A stretch of 64,000 nt of DNA from Bugula neritina (Eukaryota > Animalia > Bryozoa). The translations under genes and the position numbers were made by a program. The notes under the pieces were generated by a model. It was not told where the DNA came from and searched no databases. It worked only from the letters and a program-made list of their open reading frames with translations. The stretch is taken from NCBI GenBank assembly GCA_964035545.1, contig OZ037772.1:6370889-6434888 (forward strand). Reading direction: 5' to 3'. The first letter of the stretch is position 1; the number at the start of each line of letters is the position of its first letter. Of the stretch, positions 1 to 14,120 are shown piece by piece.

Positions 1-3000
1 AATCATGCGCAAATGTAGAAACTACCGAGGAGTTTGTTCCTCATAATTAGAAATTGACAAATTATTTTTAATCCGTTTAAAAGCATCTGGTTAGGGAAGC
101 ATATGCCGTGTTCAATTTGTTATTCTAGCATTAACAATAACAGAATGCAATAATTATAAGTTTATGAAAGTAATTTGTTTTCTTTCTAATTACAAATATA
201 ATATTTTAGTATATATTGTAAATTCATAAGGCTTGCATTAGGAATATAACGCAGCTAAAACATCATTTTCCTTAAAGTCTTAAAAATATATAAGTATAAC
301 ATAATACACTATGCCAATAAACTTATTAAAGTACCAAGCAAGCTTAGCTAGTTTAAGAAAAATTACACTAGGTAAATTCCCATTATTTATGGAATGCTTG
401 CTGATATTAGCTTTTGATGTAATTAAAGTAAATTATTATTTATCTTTCTAGCTAAGGATTTCTTGCCGTAGGTTTTGCTTTTATGCATGGAGAAATGTCG
501 TAACAAACGAGTTAAATTTTTGTAGCACATAAAAATGTAATCTATAAGTCGAAGATATTTAAACTTAGCCATTAACTCATTTTAATTAGCAATGTAGCCT
601 AAATCTAATACAATACAAAATATATACCAGTATATATAATATATTTTTACCATGCTGTTAATTACAGTATTTGTAAAACAAATTTTATGCTCATTAATTA
701 AATTCAACAAATATTTATAAAATACTAATAATGTTGAATAAATAAATTCAGTAATTCCTTTTCTATTTAAATGGCTGCATAATTTCTTGCAAGGTTGTAT
801 AAAGGAGTTGTGGCCTACAACTTATTATGTGTTCAATTGCCACATATGTCTTAGGAAGAAGAAAACTCCCCAAAAATTCTTAGTTTGAAAATTCTAGTAT
901 AATTAAAATCACTTAATATATGTCTTTGAAATGCATTTTGCCACTCTGCAATATTGCAGGAACAAATATTGCATGAAGTAATAAATGATTTATGAAGTAA
1001 TTAACAAACCAACGTAAAAACTGTTGTTGTATATAGAACACAACATATTGATTTTCTTCAATTTCCACATCAAATCTATATATTCAATTATATCTAACCG
1101 ATGCTAATAAACTAAACATGCATGCATACAAATATTTGCATCATATGCAAGTAATATTAGCTAATTAGCAACTATAGCATTTTTTTCATTATCTTTATTG
1201 CTTGCATATGTCTAAGTATTATTAAAATAAGGTTTTTATTTGCAACTTTGCACCACAAATTACATAAAATCTAAAAACTTGAGTTGTGACATGCATTAGG
1301 GCTACCTATACACAAATAGACCTTCATAAAACTTTCAATGATTTTATTCAACTCATGTATGCAAAAGTTTTGCATTAAAACAATTCTTCTAAATCACCCT
1401 AGAGCAGGAAATTATTACAAAAACAGCTTCTCATATATAATCTTTCTTCAGATTAATTTTTTTTCCTGTATTTAAACTAACTCAGCAAGTGAAGATTGTG
1501 ATATCACTCAGGTAATCACATATATATTATTCATAGCTGTAATACTTTAGCAATGAATAGATCATGTTTAATTTCCACTCTACCTATAGCAGTTTTTCAG
1601 AATTATAGAGCTATGTATATGGAATAGCCTAATAGTTTTACATGTGTTTATAGCTAGACAAATTAACTTAAAAAGCTTACAATAATTAGATGATATTTGC
1701 ATTCTTTTGAAGGTTATGGTGAAGCTACTGCAAAACTGGCCATTAGTTTAGCATAATATGCAATGCCACGCAAAAGCATGCCAAACAAGCAATGTTTATT
1801 TACCTTACCAGTGCAATTTTATCACCTTAAACACAAAAGCAAGTATAAAATACACATCCATATTAGATTAACTGTCAAGTTAAAAAAAGACAACATATAT
1901 TCATGAGCTGGTTCTGTTTGCACAAGTACAATTTAGACCAGCTTATTATTTAGATTGCCACAAAAATATGACGTAAAATATGTCTTTAATCATTATTTTG
2001 ATATTCACTGGTTGAAGATATTTTTTATATCCTAATATGTAAATATTGTACATAAATCTTAAAAATTAACTAGGTGAATAAGGAAAACTGCTAATTTTAT
2101 GAAACTGTTATGTTAATAAAGACAATGGCTATCAACAAATCCCACCAGACCACAAACTAATTGTAAATACTAAAGCAATTATGTAGTGCTATGTGTTGAT
2201 CTAGCCTAGTCAATACACCACAAATATGTATTATGACATACCACATTTTAAGTACTGGGTTACCATTTATTCTAATTGGTATTTGTTTAAACTGTTATAT
2301 ACAGCTTTTTGCACTACCAATATACAAGCCAGTTGTTATTCTGTCACTTTTTATCTACATCTCTTTTTAATGCCAGTTACTTGTTATCTTCAGTACAAAC
2401 AGCTAAACATTCTACTCTACAGCCAATCTTACTGTTAACTCTTGTTTAACAATATTACAAGAATCTAAAAATTTGAGTGTGTCTATCATTATAACTTTTA
2501 AATGAAACAATAATATGATAAATGCATTATAACTTTCTGAAAAGTTTTTTTGCAAAGTATATGTTTTTGGAAAATAGTTTTACAACATTTGCTAGGAGCA
2601 TTATATTTATTCCTATCTAAAATAATTTTGTTTGAACTGCTATGTTTGTAATCATGTAATCAGAAGTAAAGCATCAGTAAAATGAGTATAAGTAGAAGCT
2701 TGACAGCTACATTAGGCATTGCTACATAGTACATAAATATATGGCCGTATTAAATACTTAGCTGCATTCACAGATAAATGCATGGCTTGGAATTACAATA
2801 CCATGAATACATTATTTATTTAGCTGGGTAACTATACAATTATGCCAAAGTGAAAAGCTTTTGGTTATTAATGCCTGAAATGTCTAACAATCTACTTGGG
2901 AGACCACCTTGTTGTTACAGAGTGAATGAGTTATTTGTTTGGCATTTGGATGATGGCACAAAGAAAGGCTATTTGGTTTGTTACTTGAGACTAGTAGCAA

Positions 3001-4597
3001 ACTGCTACAGTCATAGCATCTTAGAAGATTTTGCATCACTTGCTAGAATTGTACATTATTTTAATGTAGCTATTGAAATTAATATCGCACTGAAAACACA
3101 GTATTGCAAAATCTTAAGCTGTACATAATTATATTATGCATCAAAAAGTACTTCTGCTATTCGACTATCCCAGGTTTATTTTAAACTAGCACTGCCAAAG
3201 TGCCTTGACTCTATTACAGTGTTTACTAGCTAATTTTGTTCTTCTCAATAGTGAAATAGATCTATTGCAAGAAATTAATGACTAGATATAACAATAATGA
3301 TTTTTAGGCAAGACTTTCGCATCTATATTGCTCATCTGCTAGCTTGAAATACCCCTCTCCTTGGACTAATCTCAGGCTTTTCATTGTTGTTTAAACACTT
3401 TTTAAACTCCTATTTCAATAAATCATTACCAACACTGCCTGCATGTATTAATATTCATTAGTGCCATCAATGCACTGTGGAGACAGCACCTGATGTTCTG
3501 TATATTACATTATAGTACAGAGATACTAAATCCAAAACATCTAAAATAATTGATGCTTCTACCAGATTTTTAGCACACCTATAATATGTATTCCTGTAGT
3601 AAATATTAATAAGATGTTTTGACTGATAGTTTTTATGCCATTATAATAGTTTGATACTATAACTACAACTTGAAACTCTTTAACCAGCACATTGGTTAGT
3701 AATATTGCTTCTTGATATTTAATTGCTGGTTCACAAACTATCAATAATAGGGATGCATATCAAAACTTGATTGCATTCATAATATTATGATTTTAATGCT
3801 AGGTAATGACTAAGCATGTCTGGCTGATATGAGGTGACTATTTTGTACACTGTTTAACAACATCAGCTTTTTGGGTTCATTTAAAGCATCTGCAAATCTG
3901 TATTATACATAATTACTGATAGGGCCAATTAATTAAATTGTTAACCCTGAAATGCTTTTTACACTGTAATACTAAGTAGTAAAAGATATGTATATATATA
4001 TAAACTGATTGTAATTTATACATAACATTGTACATTTAAAAAAAATCACAAAATACATAATTTATTGGCTAAATTTCAAGGCGTTTTGTAGGTAGTGGGT
4101 TAATGTCAATAAAGTAGAATCCGGGACGTTGAGTAGCTTTATTCAAGAGGAAGGCTCTCCAACAGTTCTACCAAAGCCTAAATAACATGTATAAAATAAA
4201 GGTTATATGCACAATTTTTTTTCCAAAACAGCCTGCAACTGTTTTGCTATTGCATATGCCCTATGCCATTCATCAAGTAGAACAATTTTAAGCAGGATAT
4301 CTAGAAAAGTTGACACAAGGGCTTTATAAACTATGTAACAGTAAAACTGTGAGTAGAAATTAATTGACACTAATGAATAATGCTTTAGGTGCTGGCAACA
4401 ACCATAAAAGAAAAGTTATATAACAAACAAATAGAAAAAGCACTAAACAAATCAACAGCATTATATACAATTGGGGCACATACATGAAAACAGCAGCTAG
4501 TGTCATTTTCTTAAGACAGCACTATTTTAGGTATAAATTTAAGAAGTATTAGAAAATGCAGAAATTTACTGCAATTGGTTCATTTTATTTAAGTTAG

Positions 4598-4952
4598 TAC
4601 ATACTGAAGATCTCAAGTTTTTGCTAATGAACATGAGTTTTGGCCCGAAACTAAAAAAATATCAATAAATACACCTAAATAATCAAGGCTCTTTTTAATT
4701 TTCTTTGATTTCCTATGCTTTTTTTCTAATTACAGCAACTTCTGACTGGGGATCGCCACGGTTAGTTTGTAACAGTAGGCAATCCAAATGAAATGAATAA
4801 ATAGGAAAAAACATGAGAAATCATGCAAAATTAAGAAGAACCTTGATTATTTAGGTGTATTTCTTGATGTCTCACTAATTTTAAGCAAAAAGCATTGTTC
4901 ATTAGCAGCTAAAATGTAAAAATGGCTAAAAACTGCAGATTTCCAGTGTGTA
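4598..4952. mobile_element. Palindromic MITE, family 1, copy 1
   Basis: Termini tacatactgaagatctcaagtttttg ... aaaaactgcagatttccagtgtgta. Long imperfect inverted arms (aaatacacctaaataatcaagg / ccttgattatttaggtgtattt). A homologous copy lies at 39336-39708. Confidence 0.75.
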
Positions 4953-7039
4953 CTAAATTAAATAAAAGGACTCAATCACCTTTGCAACATAATTCAATAA
5001 TTGCATGGTCAAGCAGAATAAACTACAATTAACAGCAACAACAGTGTAATAGTTGCGTAGAAAAGTTGTACTGCAAAAAACTAAAAGAATGCAAAATCTA
5101 TAAATGTGTGCTACCAAGTAAATGCTGAACAGACATCATGAAATAGTGTACGAAATGCAAACTATTAAACTTACCTGTTGATCTAATGCAGCCAAAACCT
5201 TAAGCTTAGAGTAGTGGAATGGTGCTGTTCGATGTTGATATGCTACAAGTAGCTAAGATGACTCAAATTCTTGTCTTTAGGAGTAAGAGGCCTCAGCTCA
5301 GTTTCAACAAAACTTCCAATAATCTCAACGGATGCGCTCAATTAGGAGCCACAACAAAGCACACCCATGTCATTTTAGTAAACTCTAAAAAATGAACGGA
5401 AATAAAACTGTTAGAGAGTAAACAGAGAAACATATAGTGATGGGGGAAAAACCTGTCAGCAAAGGTTATATACACTCATAGCCATAACACGAAGAAAAAG
5501 ATAATGAATAACAACCTATTCAAGATGACACAAGAAACCAAACAAATTTCTTTGACTAAAAAATATAATTAAATACTATATTACTTGGCAAAAAATATTT
5601 GTTTTGAACAACGTATTATTGGGAAGAATTGCCAGTGTCTTAAATTTTGAGATTAAAATTTCTGCCTTATAGCGGAAATAGAGAGGCAATCAATAGTGTA
5701 CAAAACATGTTTTCAGTCATTGGCTGTTGACTAAATTGACAAAGTTAAAGAAAGCTTCCATATCATTATTTATTTTGTTCTCAAGTGTGTGGTTACAGTT
5801 TCATGAGTCAGAAATATAATTATTTGAGATATGAAATCAAATGTAGTCAAAAGAGTGTCATACAATTTAAAATGTAGTAATAGAGCTTTGACAATAATTT
5901 CTTCTGCTAAGTAAAACAGGTACCATTATGTGCTACTTATCTTTTAGAGATGAACATCAAGGATGTTGAAAACAAAATAGTTGTAAATTACAGCAAATAC
6001 CTTTCTACTTACCTAACCAGAGAAAATAAGTTTTCAACCTTGCACGCACTCAGCTGGTTTTCAATGTTTGGATCAGTGACATCTTTATAACTGATAGCAG
6101 CATTATGTGATAGCTTTAGGAATTGTTACCTTAAATCTAAATTATATAGAACAAGAAGTGCAAAAATATGGCATTAGTACTCATTGCACAATACACACTT
6201 GCTAGAGTAGCTAATCTAGCATCACATTAATTTAAGAAAGACAAAATTTTATTACTGTTCACAAATGATGAATATTAAAATTTGAATAATTAGACAAATT
6301 AACAATGATATTGATGTTACTTCAAACATTACTAATGGTAAACACCAAAATACTAATAGGAATAGTCATGTTAACATCAATTAGAAAAGTAAAGATAATT
6401 TGAAAATGAGACAGTTTATAGGTCTAACTCTTATAGTTGACAAGCAATTACAGGGCAGTCATATTGATGTAGGCTACCCTCAAAATGTAGCACTTTAAAA
6501 ATATTAAAAAGACAGCACATATAAGAACATAATCTTAAAAATAGGCATATGTGACACCTATATTTTGATTAACAAAGAAATCTTCTTTACTTTATTAATC
6601 TAGCTCATATAATGGTATTCTGTCTTAGTATGTTATTTTAATACTTGAAATCTAATCAGCTACAGAAAAGTACTTCAATTCAAAGGCCTTCATAATTATT
6701 CTTTAGTTTGCTATTTAAATAGACAGTAAGGTTGATGAATAAAATAAAAGTTAGTAAAGTAAAAACTAAATAAATTGAGAATAATATCTCCACTCTAAGG
6801 TTATAATCCTTATAAATTAACATTTTAATACTCCTGTTATCCTTAGGTATAGTTGTTAGCAATTTAACTATGAGCTCAAAGCCAAATGTCAGTATCAGCA
6901 TCCCCATTACATTGACTAAGACTGACTTTATAACCCTCAAGCTGTGGCACTCAATTTCTATAAGTAGTAACTAATAACAAATATAAAATTATTTATTTGC
7001 TACTGATAGTGATAATAATAATTAAAAATAATAATATGA

Positions 7040-9998
7040 TCCATTAAAATAGAACTAATAAAGCCAACGACGTTAATGGTATGTCTAACTAAACATGGCA
7101 TGTCTCGTCTGGCAGTGGGTATGTGGAGGGCCAGGCAACCTACGGCCGTCAACCCGTTAATGGCACAACTAAAAGAAGATACTCAAGAGAAGACAACAAA
7201 GTTGTCATGAAATGCTGCTTCAAAAGTACACCCAAATTGAGAGGTTATAGAAAAACAATGTATGAGGCCTGTAGACCCGGATCAAAGAATTATTTAAAAA
7301 GAATGTGCAAACGCTGGAAAACAGAGGAGAGTTTAACATCAGCGAATAGAGACTAGCGGATTAAGCAAGAACTATGAAGAAACACAAGCATTTTATGGAA
7401 GAAGAACTCCATAAGATTGAAGAAGGAACCTTGCAAGAACTAGGCACATCAATTGGTGAAGAAGATAATGAAGAGCTAAATTTGCAAATAGAGGATGTTA
7501 TAGTACAACATGAGATAGCATATAAATCAGCCATGAGAATTTTAAGAGTACCTAGTTTAGAGGTAGAAAAAGTGTTGGTAAAAAATTATAAATGAGCATA
7601 ACAAACTATCTAATGATCGACCAACACTAAGAGCCCTTAGGCACATTGAGAGGGTCAAATTACTACAGGCAGTAAAACAGATTAATGATGTGCTAAACTG
7701 TGTTGAGATTATTAATACCATTGAGCTTAATAACACCACCATGGCTTGTGCGAAAAATAGTAACAGAACAAGAGTGTAACAAAAAGGAAAAAGAAAAACT
7801 GACAATGTACAAGTATGGAAAATACGACTGCAGAAGAAATAAAAAGAAATTAGATCAGACTTAAGTAAAATAGCAGAGTGAAAAAGTAGAGCTTACAATG
7901 ATTCATTGAGAAGAATGGTTGAAGAAAAATATAGGATAAAGAACAAAGAGTGTGGTGTAGTGGTTGAAAAACTGAAACAAAATCTGAGAGGTGTAAGCCA
8001 GAAGATAAACAGATATACAGAATGAGTTGATCAATATAATCAGAACACAATGTTTACAATGATAAGCGCTTTTATCAAGAATTACGAGGAAATGAATACG
8101 TACATCTAAAGAGGCACCTGACAAGGAAATCAAAAGCATTCTGATAAAATATATGGGGTCAGCCAACTAAAAATAATACCAATGCAGAATGACTAAATAA
8201 AGTTAGCAACAAATTGGAGCATATGTAAAGACAAGGAAATTAGATCTTAGAAACGATGCAAACAACTGGAATAGCAATTAATGTCATAAGGTTGATAAGA
8301 AAAAGCATGAAACCTGGAAAACACAACTGAAATACCTGGAAGAAAAGATAGGAGAAATAAAGATCAAACTAAGAATTTTCCAAGGAGACTCTTTATCTCT
8401 ATCCCTTTTCTCCAACTACCGATTCGCATGACAGAAGCGGCTCAATGATGCAAATTTCGACGAGACAGAAAACAAACCATCTCCTATATGTGGATGACCT
8501 GAAGGTAAATAGGAAATCAAAGTGGGAACTGGAAGTTTTGGTAAACACTGCCGGGATCTTCACAAGGAATATAGAAATGAAATTTGGATTAAAAAATGTG
8601 CCACACTAGTTATGAGAAAGGGAAAGAAAATTAAGGACACAGGAATCAGTTTGCCTGATGAACAGGTAATCAAAGATCTGGGTGAGAAGCCGTATAAATA
8701 TCTAGGAGTTCTTGAGATTGATGGAATACAAATATATGAAATGAAAAATAAGATCAAGGAGTACTACAAACAAATAAGAAAAGTTTTGGATTCAAAACTG
8801 AATGGTGAGAACACAATCAAAGCAATAAACACATGGGCAGTAACAGCAGTGCATTACACAGCTAGAATACTTGACTGAACTGTTTCATGAGCTAAAAAAT
8901 ATAGACTGAAAGACAAGGAAGCTAATGACAACAAACCGTGCACCCTATCCGAGAGCAGATGTAGGCAGGCTGTATTTTAGCAGAAGGGAAGGCGGTAGAA
9001 GAATGTTGTCAACTGAAAAATGCATAAAGATTGAAAACTGCAGCATGTCAGACTACATAAATATAACATAGACTGATAGAAACACCACACTGAATACCTT
9101 CCTAAAAGACAGAACAGCGGTAGAACTAAATAATGATAAAGTGATAGAAAGAACTGATGAGTGTAAAGAAAAGCTTCACGTGGTCAATACATCAAAATGG
9201 TGGAAGACATGAAAGCATTTTCCTGGAACTGGTTGAAGTATGGTTGGCTGAAAAAGGAAACAGAAGGACTGCTGACAGCTGCGCAAAATCAACTATTCAC
9301 TACTAGAAATTATAAAGTGGCTATGATGAGAGAACAGGGTAGCAAGAAGTGTGGAATGTGTAACGCAAGAGACAAAACTTCGATGCACGTATTGAGTGAG
9401 TTTGAGAAGGTAGCAGAAGGAGAATATAAGAAAAAACACAACCTTTTGGCATTGATAATTTCAATAGTAGTTGTGTGAACTTCGTGGGTTTCAGAAAAGT
9501 AAGAATTGGTACGGCCATCAAGCAGAATAAGTACTGGAAAATGATAATGTGAAAACCTTGTAAGATTTTAACATACACACTGACGTAGTCATCAAAGTTA
9601 GGAGACCCGATATATTAGTAGTTGACAAGCATAATGCTGAAACAACGATAATTGATACCGCAGTCCCTGTTAACTACAGAGTAAAAGAAAAAAATTCGAA
9701 AAGTTAGGAAAATATCAGAATTTAGCGCTAGAATAAACCCGCCTTTGGAAAACATCAAAAAAGTCATCCCGTTGTAACTGGAGCCTTTGGAGCTTTATAC
9801 AAGATTGTAGACTGGCTGACACTACTTGGAGTAGCTGAAAACAAATGCTCATTAATTCAGCAGACACCCTTACTAGGATCAGGATAAGCTCACATCCTGA
9901 GGAAAGTTCTAGCCATTTCAGCCTAGTATAACTAGGCCAATGGTAAAAGGTTACACCGGCTAAAAAACTACGGTCAATCAACAATAATAATAATAATA
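7040..9998 (+). mobile_element. Decayed non-LTR retrotransposon with restriction-like endonuclease (R4/Dong-like)
   Basis: Frameshifted pieces in canonical order: N-terminal RRYSREDNKVVMKCCFKS..RGYRK (ORF 7123), RT motifs IFQGDSLS (8372-8400) and HLLYVDDLK (8478-8504), YKYLGVLE..SKLNGENTIKAINTWAV (ORF 8522), LKKETEGLLTAAQNQ plus CGMC..H zinc knuckle (ORF 9197), and RLE motif RRPDILVVDK..IIDTAVP..KYQNLALE (9600-9733). Ends in (aat)n at 9983-9998. Boundaries approximate. Confidence 0.88.
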
Positions 9999-11043
9999 GT
10001 GCAGTTGGTTCTATTATTAGATTAGCATATCGATTATGACTTTTCGATTGCCACCCTGATACTATGAGTAAAATGTACAAGCATACGTGAAAGTATAGAT
10101 ATGATCATAAGTATAAAAATAGGTATAAGTATAAATATAAATATAGGTACAAGTATAAAACGAATGATTATATTATTAATAATATTAGTCAGTGATACCT
10201 ATAACCGTAGTGGTTTTTAGACTTACAGTTATCATTAACATTAGCTGAGTAATATGATTAGTTAAAATAATGGTATTCATTATTATATCATAGTTATAAG
10301 TTATAACTCTAGTCTCTAAAGAGCAACAGCAAGTGTAATTGGGATATTCATATTAAATTTCATATTCACATAGTGAAATGTTTATGTTATGAACTAATTT
10401 ATTCCTTCAACATTTAACTATAAATATGATTAACACTAACTTTGACCAGCAGTATTACTAAAAGAAGCGTATTACAAATATAAGATAATAAAATTCTAGT
10501 AGTAGGACTAATAGTATTACTAGGCCCAGTATTATTCTTGTTATCTTATTCATCATTCATGAGTTATCAAATTTAAAATTACTACTTATTAGCATCAGCA
10601 TATAAAAAGTAAGATCATTAAGAATAATTATCATGAGGTATGATCTATGATTTGCATTATCTATATATAGTTTAATATCAATATGATATATTATTATTGC
10701 TGATAGTCTATGTTATAGTTAAATTTATACTTATCTTTACAGTTACCTATAGTAGCACTTATTAGTTATTTGTGGTAGCCAAACTAATGTTTAATATTAA
10801 TAAATTAAACTGAGTATCATAAAAGTGTTACTAAGAATTTTAATTATAATCGTAATGGTGATCATATTACTTTATTATAATTATAATATATTTTATCATT
10901 AATGCTAAACTGAGTTAATGTATATACTTTGAGTTTTACTATTACTCATTATATTTACACTTATAGTAAAACTAAATATGTAAAAGTTATACTTATACTA
11001 TTATTATTCGTATTTCATTAGACTTACATCTAAGATCACAGTC

Positions 11044-11180
11044 CTATTACTACTACCACTGATACTAGTACTACAACTAGTAGTAGTACTAGTACTGCTA
11101 CTAGTACTAGTACTAGTACTACTACTAATAGTACTGTTACTACTACTACTACTAGTACTACTACTAGGTCTACTACTGTA
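11044..11180. repeat. Degenerate (ACTAGT/ACT)n simple repeat
   Basis: Visible actactagtactagtact array; it accounts for the Ser/Thr- and Val/Leu-rich ORFs at 11004 and 11036. Confidence 0.85.
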
Positions 11181-13239
11181 CCAGTACAACTACAAACTTT
11201 GAAAATAACTGCAAGAAAGGTATGACTTACTCTTTTTCTTAGTCTTACTGTGACTGTAGCAGTAGCTGGCAGCATGTTTACATGCACACTGTGTGTGTGC
11301 GTGTGTCATAGTCCATCATCATAGCATATTAATAGCCCCTAAACAAAACAATAAATTCCTACAACTGCGCAGCAAAAGCCACAATCAATGAATCAAGTGT
11401 ATTGCAAAAGCCTAAGACAACAAATCTGCCAGAATATTTCTGTTCCCTTATTTGGAATTACTTGGGGCTGGTGGTGCAATTTGGGTGACCAATGGGATCT
11501 GGAACACATCATTTTGTTTATTTGTTGTTTGTGTATTATTCTGCTGCTGTTGGAAAGCATTGGTTATCCTGATCAGTTTCAATTAGTAGAGCCAAAGAGC
11601 AAGTTATACTACTTATAATTTTACATTAAACAAGATATATATTACTATCTATTGAAACCTAAGAGCAGAAGCTGTATTATCAAGTTATCAGAGAAGTGCT
11701 AAAGGTTTGTCTGCTATTAATTTTTCTATCATTTATTGTCTTAATGCTGTAATATCGATACATTTAGCTTATATTATATGAAGTGTTTTATAGCTGACAT
11801 TATTTTTAATGAATTATTATGCAGTAATATTTTGCTTACTTTAATCATTTTTATGTGTGTTATTTCCTTACAGTTCTTATTTTCTTGTACTTTATTTAGC
11901 CTTATATTGTGTGTATTTTATTTAGATTTCACGGTGTAGCTTTGTGAGCAAAAGTGTTATAAGTTGGAATAAAATACTAATAACTACACTCACAAGACAT
12001 CAGTTGAATTCCTAAACCTACTCTGATAAGCTTGCGGTTACTAGCAGACCTAACAAAACTGCTACAGTGACTCTCAGTCGTAATGTAAAATAAAATTGTG
12101 AACTGTAAAGTTAAACCCAAGGCTGAAATTTATTTAATTAAATATAGACAATCTGAATCATTGGCTCAATCCTTGAGTTTGACTATTACTATTATTATTA
12201 GTGTTACGATTGTGATTATCATTGGCATTATGCCATTATGATTATCATTATGATTATGATTGTAATTGTGGTAATTTTAACATTAATTATAATCATAAAT
12301 TAAAAGGTAATGATTAATGATAATTATTTTCATTTTGTAATCATAATGATAATCATAATGATGTAAATTTTGATGTAAAACCAAAATACTAAAACTAAAA
12401 GTAAAAGTTATAAAATTAAATGATAAAATATTATAATGATAATTATTATATTTATTATATTATTATTGAATATATTATTTCATTAGAAAATAGGTTGCAG
12501 CTTAGCATGATTAAAATTCAGTAAAAATTAGTTTACCAACAGCAAACATGCATGCGTCTTGTCAACATTCAATTCGTAGTGTCATAGCGAAGCCAGATTA
12601 CTGGTAGTACGACTACTAGAACTACTACTACTAGTGATGGATTACAGATCCTTGACGATTTTAGCTGTGAGTGACCTTCACCTCACATTCTCGTCATGTG
12701 CGCGGCATTAGACTAAGTAGAGGGTATGAAGCACTGAGCTGGAAAAGAAAGAATATATTTTAATTATAGGTAATACTAATAGTAATATAATTTATGGTAA
12801 TATATAGGTAATATTATTGAGTTCATTGGTATGGAGTATAGACCTATCACTGATAGTATCAGTATCAACTACCACTTACGTACTACTTCAACTTATAACT
12901 TACCTTCAACTCAAACTCAAACTGAAACTGCTTGGAATCATTTGTCTTTGATCATATTGGCATTGTCATTGTGATTGTAACAACTATTAATATTTTTAGT
13001 TCAACATCAATGCCGAACATATTGTAATAACTAATAAGATAATCATAAGGTTGATATATTTTGCTAATACTAATACTAATACTAATAGTTATAGTAATAG
13101 TAATAGTTATACTATAACTATACTATAACTTATAGTAATTCAGTGTCACTCTCACTCTGGTGGAGTGAGACTCAGACTTAGAGTTAGAGACAGAGTGAGT
13201 CCGAGTAAGTCTGAGTGTTGGTAATAGTAATAGTCATAT

Positions 13240-14120
13240 GTCTTGTCTTGTCTTGTCTTGATTTAGTTCCAAGACCCCAAATAGGGGAAAGGTGGAACTA
13301 TCGGATGTTCAGGTCTTTTTTTATTAGTCTGCTAGTGTTTCTCCCGTGCGTAGTTCACGGGCTGTTCTAATGAGGAAGCTATGCAGGAAATTATTAGTAT
13401 TACAGGATATTGAATTAAAAGAGTTACTGTCCCCAATATTGGTATTACGGAGAGATTTCATGGAGTTAAGAGTGTTAATTAGGTTAGGGAAGAATGCTTC
13501 ATGCTGCAACACTTTGAGGAATAGCGTGAACCTGTGTTCTTGTCTAGATTTATTTAAAGCCTTTAAGTTTAACTCCGCCTTGGATTCGGTCACTGAGACA
13601 TCCCAGCCTTTTAAGTTTTTTACAAAACGTACTGCCTTGTTTTGAACTTTCTCTAGATTGTTGCTTAGCATGAGATGTGCAGGATCCCAAATTTCGCAGG
13701 CATACTCTAGAAGCGGTCTACACAGGGTAGTGTATGCTATGAGCTTAACTTTAACTGGAGCATCATAGAGTACATTTTTGATTAATCCTAAAATACGCAT
13801 TGCTTTATTGACTACTGAGTTTATGTGATAATCCCACTTTAGATCATGTACCAAATAGATTCCTAGGTATTTTACACAGCTACTTTGTACTAATTGTTCG
13901 TTGCACAAATAATAAGTGTGCGTTATAGGTTTAGGGCTTTTATCAAACACAATGATGTTGCTTTTTGTTGCATTGAATTTCATGGAGTTTTTAATACTCC
14001 AGTTGTGTAGAGCGTTAAGGTCATTTTGCAAATTTTCCTTGTCTTCGTCTTTAGATATATGCGTATATAGTATAGTGTCATCCGCGAAGAGCCTTACAGT
14101 GCAGTATTTTACACTGTAAA
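13240..14120 (-). mobile_element. 5'-truncated LINE (CR1/L2/Jockey group), RT C-terminal part
   Basis: ORF 13324-14154(-) contains VRLFADDT, MKFNATKS, VKYLGI, YTTLCRPLLEYACEIWDP and LEKVQNKAVRFV, with no internal stops. A short 3' UTR with a stem-loop (13265-13298) is followed by an (AAGAC)n tail at 13240-13260. The first ~12 codons of the ORF are flanking DNA. Confidence 0.9.

Noticed and set aside
11388-11618. Hydrophobic short ORF, and an overlapping frame LELLGAGGAIW..
   Set aside because: No convincing splice context or recognisable homology.
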